From Candidatus Hodarchaeota archaeon (lineage in GTDB: Archaea > Asgardarchaeota > Heimdallarchaeia > Hodarchaeales > Hodarchaeaceae), in assembly GCA_016840035.1 (NCBI GenBank), contig JAEOTC010000111.1:3657-67656 (forward strand): a DNA stretch of 64,000 nt, given 5' to 3'. Of the stretch, positions 28,839 to 37,284 are shown in pieces. The stretch's first letter is position 1. The number at the start of each line of letters is the position of its first letter. Made by a program: the position numbers and the translations under genes. The notes beneath the pieces were generated by a model. The model saw only the letters and a program-made list of their open reading frames with translations. It had not been told where the DNA came from and did no database searches.

Positions 28839-31763
28839 CTATGAACAGTTCACGCAACGAGCAACGACTTCTTCATTCTTAATTTTGACCTTCACTCGTC
28901 CACAGGTATCACAAACTTCTGTTCCACACTTCTTACAGACTGATAACAGCTCTGGAGCAAAAGATTTTTTACATCCTTGACATTGTTTGGGAGTATGTTC
29001 AGGACAATAAGTTGCTTCAGTATTAGGATCAAATGCGCTGCATTCCCCGCATAAACTCTGTTCACAAACCTTACATACTTCAGAATGGTCAAGACAAGCA
29101 GTTTTTCCACATTTTTGGCAAAATGTGATGTGTTCACTACAAAAGAGTTTCAAGCAGGTTGTACATACAAAAGTGGGAGGAGAAATTTCAACAGCCAATA
29201 ATGATTGATAGTAATTCTCAGTGCTTATCTGAGGACCGCATCCTTCACACATAAGTTCTGCATTACCATTATAGAGATTAAGATTCAAATGGAACTGATT
29301 AACAGTATCTTGATCACTTTGGTTTAGTTTGATTGAAAGAGGTATTGATAAACGTGGAACCCAATAAACTGATTTTTCAATAATAGAAACATCTGCTTTT
29401 CCAGGTCGATAAAGATCAGGTGGTACTCCTTGGCTTTTAAGAACCTCAATAGATTTATGAAAAGCCTCATAATTTTCCTGTTTTTCTTTAAATAATGCTT
29501 GCCGCTTTTTCTCATTGTTGGCGATTTGTTTTCTAAGTTCTTTCACTCGATCTTCATGTCTCATCTGTTTATTAGAGGTAGAATCAATGGATCTTTCGAT
29601 GGCTCTTATTGAACGTCCCTCTGCGGCACGTGCCTTCCTTTCAGCCTCTAGATTTTCAAGTCTCGAAAGAGTATCATCAAGCTTCTGATTCTCAGTTTGG
29701 AGTTTCTCCTCTAATCCACTAATTTGTGTGGATAATTTGGATAACTCTTTTCCAACTTTCTTCCCAGCAAGTTTTGAAATCTCATTTCTCTCGAATTCTC
29801 TTATGCGTTCCTGATAGATAGATTCCGCTTCAGGAAACGGATTTTGTGTATAGTACCAAATTAAGTTCTCAGGTAGTTTAGTAATTACCTCTTTATCGAA
29901 ATCAAGGAATTTATATCCAGTGAGGGGCTGAATTGCTAAATCCTTGGCAGGGAGGGAAGAAGCATGAATCCCTTCAATAGTAGTAGAATTCCAATCGATC
30001 TTTCGCAGATCAAATGTTCGTGACATTTCCTCCTTTATCTGAACTGGAAATTGTAGTTGTCCTTCTTTAATAGTTCTTTTGATGTCTATCAAAGTTTTTG
30101 TAAAGTACAGTGGAGAGTAGAAAATATTATAGGCTCCAAACTCGAGATTAATTCCATCCTGTTCTGGATTACCTCTGAGGCTCAACCTCTCCATGATTAC
30201 TGGGATGTACTCTTCATTTTCGGGCTTGATCTTAGGTTCAAGAAATCTTTCGGTAATTTTCCCCATAGCAGGCTTCTTAGCTTTGACTGAAACTGCAGAA
30301 ATAACTGTATCCTTTTTCATTTCTGGAGTTGGTTTCTTTTCTTCAGGTTGTACCTTTTTGGGTTTTGGGGGTTTAAGTGTAAGAGCAGATATTTCCGAAT
30401 TCGTTAATGGTCCTTTATGTAGACTTAGTAACCACCGTGTTTGAAGCATATTAACTCCATATCTGGGATTATAAGCAATGAAATTCCCAGGTTTCAGTGC
30501 TCTAATTTTACTCATTAATGATCTAAATTCCTCTTCAGTTCCACCACCACCTTCAAAGACAGGTTTTAGTGCACCTTGGACTTTAGCGATGTCTTGATTG
30601 GTTGCCAATCTACCCAAAACCCAAGTAGCGATATTTGATAACCCACGATAATCTAAATCTCCTGGATTTTGAGTTGCTAGTACACATCCCAACCCTGCTG
30701 CTCTTGCCTGTTTTAACAAGATTAAAAGCGCTGTTTTTGACGGAGGACTCAGAGATCCAGCAGGCATGAATCCATATAACTCATCAAAGTACATGATGGC
30801 GCGTAAACGACTTGTACCTCCTTTTGACCAGGCCCACCTTTGAACTTCCCCTAAAATTTCAGCAACAAAAGTATTTTTTTCGTCTGAATCAGTAATCTTA
30901 CGTAAGTCAAAAACAATTATAGGTGTTTTCTTCTCTTTGGTTGCTAAACCAATAAGCTTATCAAAATCAAGCTCTACACCTGGAACTGCACGGACCATCA
31001 AAGCATTAATATTACGAGCTAATTCTTGACGTTTAGTAGTTGAGATGAATTTATCAACAGAAAGAGAACCCACTTTTTTAAATGGGGGGTCTTGTATTCG
31101 TTCTATTAGAAGGTCTAAACCAACGGTATTTTGCTTTTCGTTCTCCCAAACATGTCGAATAATGTTATTTAGATAGATAACACGATTGTCTGTCGATGCT
31201 GATGTTCCAATTCCAACTCTTGATAGTAACAATTGTATTTTGAGATCTAACGCGCTTAAAACCGCATCAGGCGATTCTTCCATCATCTTTGAATAATTCT
31301 TGGGCTTTTCAAAGTGTGGAGTAAGAGAAATCTGGACTCCAGAGGAATTTTTTGGAGTAATTAATACTGTAGCCACTTTATCTGAATACTCTGCCTCTGC
31401 GGAAAGGTAATCATCACCAAAAGATTCTTCAAGTTTTTCCTCATATAAATTCACCCAATCTTCAGCTATTTCCTCTGGATCTCCACCGCCACGATCGTCT
31501 GCCTCCACTTTTGCATGAATAAGTAATTTATCTTTCGAAAAATCCCCAAAACCAATCCCTAAAGCACCAATATCTCCTTTAGGATCAATAGCAATTACAG
31601 GGATATTTGATCTGACTGCTTCTTCAACTATTGACTTGCACACAACTGTTTTCCCTGAACCACTTGCCCCTAATACCGCAGCATGTGTTAAAAAGGTTGT
31701 AGAAGGTAATTCAAATCTCTCTCCCTCGCTTAGTTTTCCAAGAAAAAACTTCGGATCAGCCAT
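28839..31763 (-). CDS. HerA/DUF853-like P-loop ATPase fused to Lys/Pro linker, coiled coil and Cys-rich multi-zinc C-terminus
   Basis: Walker A GASGSGKT followed by PVIAIDPKGDIG, Walker B AIMYFDELYGFMP, and VLATQNPGDLDY. Coiled-coil-like segment LSKLSTQISGLEEKLQTENQKLDDTLSRLENLEAERKA. The last 139 aa carry 21 Cys and 3 His in CxxC/CxxH pairs. Confidence 0.75.
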   Translation of the reverse strand: MADPKFFLGKLSEGERFELPSTTFLTHAAVLGASGSGKTVVCKSIVEEAVRSNIPVIAIDPKGDIGALGIGFGDFSKDKLLIHAKVEADDRGGGDPEEIAEDWVNLYEEKLEESFGDDYLSAEAEYSDKVATVLITPKNSSGVQISLTPHFEKPKNYSKMMEESPDAVLSALDLKIQLLLSRVGIGTSASTDNRVIYLNNIIRHVWENEKQNTVGLDLLIERIQDPPFKKVGSLSVDKFISTTKRQELARNINALMVRAVPGVELDFDKLIGLATKEKKTPIIVFDLRKITDSDEKNTFVAEILGEVQRWAWSKGGTSRLRAIMYFDELYGFMPAGSLSPPSKTALLILLKQARAAGLGCVLATQNPGDLDYRGLSNIATWVLGRLATNQDIAKVQGALKPVFEGGGGTEEEFRSLMSKIRALKPGNFIAYNPRYGVNMLQTRWLLSLHKGPLTNSEISALTLKPPKPKKVQPEEKKPTPEMKKDTVISAVSVKAKKPAMGKITERFLEPKIKPENEEYIPVIMERLSLRGNPEQDGINLEFGAYNIFYSPLYFTKTLIDIKRTIKEGQLQFPVQIKEEMSRTFDLRKIDWNSTTIEGIHASSLPAKDLAIQPLTGYKFLDFDKEVITKLPENLIWYYTQNPFPEAESIYQERIREFERNEISKLAGKKVGKELSKLSTQISGLEEKLQTENQKLDDTLSRLENLEAERKARAAEGRSIRAIERSIDSTSNKQMRHEDRVKELRKQIANNEKKRQALFKEKQENYEAFHKSIEVLKSQGVPPDLYRPGKADVSIIEKSVYWVPRLSIPLSIKLNQSDQDTVNQFHLNLNLYNGNAELMCEGCGPQISTENYYQSLLAVEISPPTFVCTTCLKLFCSEHITFCQKCGKTACLDHSEVCKVCEQSLCGECSAFDPNTEATYCPEHTPKQCQGCKKSFAPELLSVCKKCGTEVCDTCGRVKVKIKNEEVVARCVNCS

Positions 31764-31894
31764 TTTCCTTTACCACATTATTGTATTTGATGAAAATGAA
31801 TTAAATTAATAAATGAATCCTTTAGTTCACGGAATATATTAAACTAGTCAATTGCAAAAATACCAAGCATTTTCTATTATTTTGGAGGTTGACC

Positions 31895-32920
31895 ATGTCT
31901 TCAGCAAAATTTCCTATAATTACCTTAGAAGGATCTCCAGAAGAGATAGGTATACAACACGGAGAAATTTTGAAAAATAAAATTCATTCTACAGTTACCT
32001 GGTATAAAAAGGTCATATCAAAAGAAGAAAAACAGATATTAACGCTAGTGGAAATTTTTAAATTAACAATCGAGAATTTTGATCCCACTTACGCCTCTGA
32101 AATCGAAGCCATTGCGACTGGGGCTGATATAAATTCTAACTGGATCTATATGCTAAATTCACGTTCTGAAATCATGAATATCTTTCAAAATGAGTGTACT
32201 GCGGCATTTTTTAAGTCGTCAGCAATTTTAGGTCAGAACTGGGATTGGGCCGAAGATCTCGAAAATCTTGCCGTGATCATGAAAATTAAGAAACAAGATG
32301 ACAATAAACCTGACATACTCATGATGACGGAACCAGGCATTATTGGAAAGATTGGATTTAATTCAAATGGATTGGGAGTATGTCTAAATTTTCTTAATTC
32401 CGGAAAATTACCACGAGGTGTTCCAATACATATCCTTCTAAGAAAAGTATTGGAATTATCGAGTATTAACCAAGTTGGAAGATCTATTGGACCTTTTATG
32501 AGTGGAAAATCTGCAAATATTTTGATTGGAGAAAAGTCTGGAGAATATATCGATATCGAATTTGCTAATGATGAGCATTATTATCCGAACACAACTTCAG
32601 ATGCTTTTATTCACACAAATCATTATTTGATGAACAATGCTTTAAACAGTGATACAGAGAAATTAGCCAGTTCTTTCAGCAGGTACAATAAAGCCTTGAA
32701 CATTATTAAGAATAATCCCTCTAAAACAGTAGAGGATATGAAAGGAATATTATTGGATCGCACGAACAAAGCTCTCCCTATCTGTCGCCCCTATGTAGAT
32801 AATCCTGATATTGGGACAGTTGGTACAATATGTACTATAATCATGGACCTGAAAAACGGAAAAATGCACATCACAAAAGGTAGTCCCCTGAATACTCCTT
32901 TTTCTTCTGTTGAACTATAA
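31895..32920 (+). CDS. peptidase C45 / acyl-CoA:6-APA acyltransferase-like Ntn-hydrolase
   Basis: LEGSPEEIGIQHGE N-terminus, candidate autoprocessing nucleophile in QNECTAAFF, and GQNWDW. GGAGGT lies 5 nt upstream of the ATG at 31895 (the track lists TTG at 31889). Confidence 0.7.
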   Translation: MSSAKFPIITLEGSPEEIGIQHGEILKNKIHSTVTWYKKVISKEEKQILTLVEIFKLTIENFDPTYASEIEAIATGADINSNWIYMLNSRSEIMNIFQNECTAAFFKSSAILGQNWDWAEDLENLAVIMKIKKQDDNKPDILMMTEPGIIGKIGFNSNGLGVCLNFLNSGKLPRGVPIHILLRKVLELSSINQVGRSIGPFMSGKSANILIGEKSGEYIDIEFANDEHYYPNTTSDAFIHTNHYLMNNALNSDTEKLASSFSRYNKALNIIKNNPSKTVEDMKGILLDRTNKALPICRPYVDNPDIGTVGTICTIIMDLKNGKMHITKGSPLNTPFSSVEL

Positions 32921-32999
32921 AGCGAGAATTATCTCTCCTTTACCACATTGGTTTCTATTTAAAGGACCCTTTTTATCCATTTTTTAAGGTGTTACTCAT

Positions 33000-34040
33000 A
33001 TGACTGGATATTCTATCAAGGAATTTGATCCCCCAAACGTTGAAGATGATCAATTTTGGGATAATTTCTATTCTTTCTATACAAAATTTGTCAAGGACAT
33101 ACATCCTAACGATCCTCTTACTCCTAAACCACGAATAGTAAAATCATTGAAAGATCCTCATCCAGACTATCACATCAACCATTGGTTGGTATATACTTCC
33201 GATAAGGAAATCGTTGGTTGGGCAGATAATTATATTTCAAAGGAAACTCATCCTGCATACGATACAAACAAACATGTGGCAGGTTGTGATACAGTTATAT
33301 TAAAAGAACATCGTCATAACGGATTAGGGACACAACTCTTCCGATACCACTTGAAAATCGTAAAAAAGTATAATCGTACAATAATCCAAGCTGGAACCTC
33401 TGAGGAATCAGGGCATAATTTCTTAAGGAAATTTGGTGGGAAAGAAGCAATTCAAGGTTCAGAGAATCGTTTGCAGATGAATGAGGTAGATTGGTCACTT
33501 ATGCAGCAGTGGATAGATGATGGCCCAGAAAGAGCAAAAGAGGTGAATCTTGAACGATTCGTTGATGTTTCCGATTCTGATATTGAGGAATATTGTGTAA
33601 TCTATACTGAAACCATGAATCAACAACCCTTCGGAGAGCTTGAAGGGAGAGTAAAGGAAACACCCGATTCACGAAGACAGAGTGAGGAGAGACATCGTAA
33701 AAGAGGAGGAAAATGGACAACTCTGATTTCAAGAGAGAAAAATGGAAGGATCAGTGGTTTAACAGAGGTTTTTTATTACCCAGATAAACCTTCAATGCTT
33801 TATCAAAATTTAACTGGAGTAAAAGAAGAATATCGAGGTAAGGGACTGGGAAAATGGCTTAAAGCAACAATGCTCAAATGGATAAGTGAAGAATACCCAG
33901 ATGTTAAAACAATTGTCACTGGTAATGCCACTACTAATGCACCCATGCTTTCAATTAACCAGAGAATGGGATTTAAAGAATATAAGTCAGGATCGGAATA
34001 TAAATTTCAGGTTGAAGAGCTTGAAAAGCTACTCGATTAA
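33000..34040 (+). CDS. tandem GNAT-domain acetyltransferase
   Basis: Two acetyl-CoA loops: EHRHNGLGTQLFRY and EYRGKGLGKWLKATML, plus NAPMLSINQRMGF. Confidence 0.75.
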   Translation: MTGYSIKEFDPPNVEDDQFWDNFYSFYTKFVKDIHPNDPLTPKPRIVKSLKDPHPDYHINHWLVYTSDKEIVGWADNYISKETHPAYDTNKHVAGCDTVILKEHRHNGLGTQLFRYHLKIVKKYNRTIIQAGTSEESGHNFLRKFGGKEAIQGSENRLQMNEVDWSLMQQWIDDGPERAKEVNLERFVDVSDSDIEEYCVIYTETMNQQPFGELEGRVKETPDSRRQSEERHRKRGGKWTTLISREKNGRISGLTEVFYYPDKPSMLYQNLTGVKEEYRGKGLGKWLKATMLKWISEEYPDVKTIVTGNATTNAPMLSINQRMGFKEYKSGSEYKFQVEELEKLLD

Positions 34041-34292
34041 TATCCTTTATCAGAAATTGTTTAGTTCGTGAGAATAAGAATATTCGAATATTTTGGAAAT
34101 GGAATCTTTCTTTAAAACAAATATATTTTCATATTACATATAAGGGTAGATCAATTAGATCACTTTACAAGTATCCCACCCATCTTAATTAGTTAGAAAA
34201 GCATTGATTGATCTTTAAAATAATAAGGATAGAAGGAAAGGAAGTTACAATACTTCTCACAATTATGATGATCAATAAGGAGATTTAATTTC

Positions 34293-34877
34293 GTGGTAAA
34301 TGTTGGCATTTTAGGAGATATGAACTGCGGGAAAACATCAGTATTTGTACGATTTATGAATTCATTAGCTGCCTCAAATGAGAAAATTATTGCTGGTTCT
34401 CCTGGAGGACCAGAAATGTATACTACTCAGACTGTAGATTTTATTAGATTCACTCATAAGGGATTTATTCATGTCTTATACGGCACTGGAGGACACACAA
34501 CACCTATCACTGATTATTACCGTGTTTACGTTTTAAGAAATGCCAACCGATTCCTTTGCATGTTTGATTTGTCGATTGAATTAGAACCTCAACTAGCTTT
34601 CTACAAGAACCTTGAGATTCCAACGAAGCAAGTAACAATCTTCCTGAACAAATATGATCTCGCACAAGAGAACTATGCTGAATATAAAGAGAAAGTAGAA
34701 GATTTTTTCATTAACGACCAGAAAAAACTGATCAAAGAAATTCTCCCTACAGTCGCGATAAAAGTCGAGGAAGGGAAATTCAAAAAAGAAACAGAAAATT
34801 GTCTGAAAGGAATCCTTGATTTGTGTGAATTTGATAAAGACGCCTCTGCATTCGATGTTTGGAATGGTCAAGGATAA
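34293..34877 (+). CDS. small P-loop GTPase with atypical G3 motif
   Basis: G1 GDMNCGKTS, G2 Thr in TTQTVDF, G3 LYGTGGH (Tyr where the DxxG Asp is expected), G4 LNKYDL (NKxD). GTG start with AAGGAG 10 nt upstream. Confidence 0.7.
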   Translation: MVNVGILGDMNCGKTSVFVRFMNSLAASNEKIIAGSPGGPEMYTTQTVDFIRFTHKGFIHVLYGTGGHTTPITDYYRVYVLRNANRFLCMFDLSIELEPQLAFYKNLEIPTKQVTIFLNKYDLAQENYAEYKEKVEDFFINDQKKLIKEILPTVAIKVEEGKFKKETENCLKGILDLCEFDKDASAFDVWNGQG

Positions 34878-34900
34878 GAATTAAAAAAAAGGTAGGAATA

Positions 34901-35806
34901 ATGGAATCTTCTGATCCTTTTGCTCAACTGGTTGAAACATTATCAGTAATAGAGCATCAGAATCGAATTTTATGCCTGTTGGCGGTGTATTTGGGTCAAA
35001 AAGCAGATCAGAATACAATTCAAGGTATTACTGATATTCTTTCATCTCTTTTAGGGAAAGATGAGCAATTTACTACAGCGAAAACCCGAGGTCTGATCAC
35101 TTCATTAGTGAATGGAGGAATCTTAGAACGGGAACGTGAGAAAGTAATAAGCTCTACGAAAGTTTCCTTCCATTCTATTAGTCCTCTTGGGTATATAGTC
35201 CTGCTATATGTCCTACAAACCTATATTATTAAGATTGACCCTGCTTCTATTAATTGGGATACCACTCGTTTTCAAGACTACGCCGATTCAGAAGAAAAAA
35301 TGCTCTACTATACCATAGATGCATTACTTATTCAAGAGCCTAAAATCAACCGAATTCTTACTTCCCTACGAAGTGGAAAGGATCCCAAGAAAATAAGGCT
35401 ATCGAAACCACTAAATATTCCTTTAGAGAAACTATTTTCAGGAAAAACAGGGAATACAGTATTTAAAATTATGGAGGAATTGATCTGGGATTACTTGCAT
35501 TCTAACACTGGATTAAGTAAATCCACACTCGATCAAACATCAGATTCCTCAATAAGTAGTCCTTTGAAAAAACTTTCCACTTTTTTGATGGTAGAAGAAA
35601 ATTGGGGCAAGGAAAGACGTTTTAGACTGTCAATTCACGGGATATTTCTTTTACCTGTATTTGCTTTGCTTATAAAGCATTTTTCTGTGGATAAATCAAT
35701 ATTCCCATCATTAAAATTATCTCGCTTAGAAAAGGATGAGAATTATTGGATTGCCCTTACAAAGTTAGGAAATTCATTCTTTAAAACAGTATACAGAATA
35801 TCTTAA
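34901..35806 (+). CDS. hypothetical protein, probable tandem winged-helix domains
   Basis: The ATG at 34901 lies 23 nt after the GTPase stop; the track's 34859 start would overlap that gene. Two helix-turn-helix-plus-beta-wing-like segments: ILCLLAVYLGQKADQNTIQGITDIL...GGILEREREKVISSTKVSFHSISPLG and FKIMEELIWDYLHSNTGLSKSTL...MVEENWGKERRFRLSIHG. The fold call is unverified. Confidence 0.4.
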   Translation: MESSDPFAQLVETLSVIEHQNRILCLLAVYLGQKADQNTIQGITDILSSLLGKDEQFTTAKTRGLITSLVNGGILEREREKVISSTKVSFHSISPLGYIVLLYVLQTYIIKIDPASINWDTTRFQDYADSEEKMLYYTIDALLIQEPKINRILTSLRSGKDPKKIRLSKPLNIPLEKLFSGKTGNTVFKIMEELIWDYLHSNTGLSKSTLDQTSDSSISSPLKKLSTFLMVEENWGKERRFRLSIHGIFLLPVFALLIKHFSVDKSIFPSLKLSRLEKDENYWIALTKLGNSFFKTVYRIS

Positions 35807-35886
35807 CGCTATTTTTCTCTACCATTGCGTAAAGTTAAAAACGCAATACTTCTTAGAGTTCCGCCTAGCTTATTGAGGTTATATCA

Positions 35887-37284
35887 GTGCTGAAGATTTC
35901 TGATGAAGCAGGAAATCTACATTATCTCCCTCTTGTAGATATTCATACTCACATAGGAAGGGTGAAAATAGCAACCACAAAGGGTAGTTCTCAACGAATA
36001 AACCAACCTCAAGACATTACCAACCTATACCAGAAATTACAATATGAAATTACCTCACGGATTAGTCAGAACCAAGATAAGTATCCTATTAACATTCCTG
36101 ATGCTCAGGAATGTGTAGAACCCCTTCTTCCTATTGTAAACACAATATTAACCCATCAATCAGCAAAATCAAGAGCTTTCTTGGTAGATGTGATAGTTAC
36201 ATTCCCATTTAATGATATATTTCACTTAAAAACCTCCCCCAAATTTGTAAAAAGCAATCGATATGTACGTTATCAAGTGAATACTTTCGATAACACCTTT
36301 AGATTTCTTCCCTTCTGCCGAGTAGATCCTACCGATTCTGATGCTGTAAATGAGATTCAGAGTTCTATCACTCAGGGAATGTATGGCTTGAAACTCCATC
36401 CACTGTCTCAAGGATGGATTGACAGAATTAAAACTGCAGAGACTATGAATGTATTGAAAACTGCTGGAAATCTGAACATTCCAGTAATTTTCGATGTACC
36501 CAACAAGGGTGTGGCTCTTGATATTACAACCATCACACAAGAGGCGCGTCAAGAATCAGAAAATCCTGTCAAAGTAATACTAGGACATACAGGATTCGAT
36601 TATTCTTCCTCAGAGATATTTGATTGTCTGTCTCAGGAGGGGATGTATGCAGAGACTTCTGGTATGAGAGGAAAGGATGTTGAGATTTTTTTTAATAATG
36701 TCATATCGGTCCCTGATTGGGAAAATAAACTTTTATTTGGCACGGATCACAATTATTTTAGTGTTCTACAGGCAACAGATGTCATAACATTTCTAATTTC
36801 AAACAAGTTTCAAATAATGTTGTTAGAGAATGATATTGAAGCAAAACCACTAGAAATTGCATTTAAAATATTAGGAGGCAATGCTTTAGAGATTATCCCA
36901 ACTGCATGGGATCCTATAACAGAAAAAACCCCTCAATTAAAATTTAAAGTTTTGAAAGACGTTTTCATACAATTTCTAAAGAAATACATAACTTCGGAGG
37001 GAAACTATCTGCGGGTTGATCAAGGCTTCGATGAATCCAGAAAAGAGGTAGTTCAAATCATCACTTTTGGAACTAGTAATACAAAATTCTCTTTTATTAT
37101 ATTTGAAACATCCAATCTACGAGAAATATTATTACAATCTATTCATCCAGCTATTCGAAAAGTAAATTATAGTGAGCAAGCAATATTTCCCGTGCTTTCA
37201 ACTTTAAAATCATTAAAGAGAGCAAAAAAACTTTCCCTAGAGAAATTGCAGGCAACAGTGATTAAAATTTTGTCACAAGAGTGA
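35887..37284 (+). CDS. amidohydrolase-2-like TIM-barrel metal hydrolase with about 130-aa C-terminal extension
   Basis: VDIHTHIGR (HxH), YGLKLHPLSQGW, ILGHTGFDY, LFGTDHNY (metal Asp). GTG start with GAGGT 8 nt upstream. Confidence 0.6.
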   Translation: MLKISDEAGNLHYLPLVDIHTHIGRVKIATTKGSSQRINQPQDITNLYQKLQYEITSRISQNQDKYPINIPDAQECVEPLLPIVNTILTHQSAKSRAFLVDVIVTFPFNDIFHLKTSPKFVKSNRYVRYQVNTFDNTFRFLPFCRVDPTDSDAVNEIQSSITQGMYGLKLHPLSQGWIDRIKTAETMNVLKTAGNLNIPVIFDVPNKGVALDITTITQEARQESENPVKVILGHTGFDYSSSEIFDCLSQEGMYAETSGMRGKDVEIFFNNVISVPDWENKLLFGTDHNYFSVLQATDVITFLISNKFQIMLLENDIEAKPLEIAFKILGGNALEIIPTAWDPITEKTPQLKFKVLKDVFIQFLKKYITSEGNYLRVDQGFDESRKEVVQIITFGTSNTKFSFIIFETSNLREILLQSIHPAIRKVNYSEQAIFPVLSTLKSLKRAKKLSLEKLQATVIKILSQE

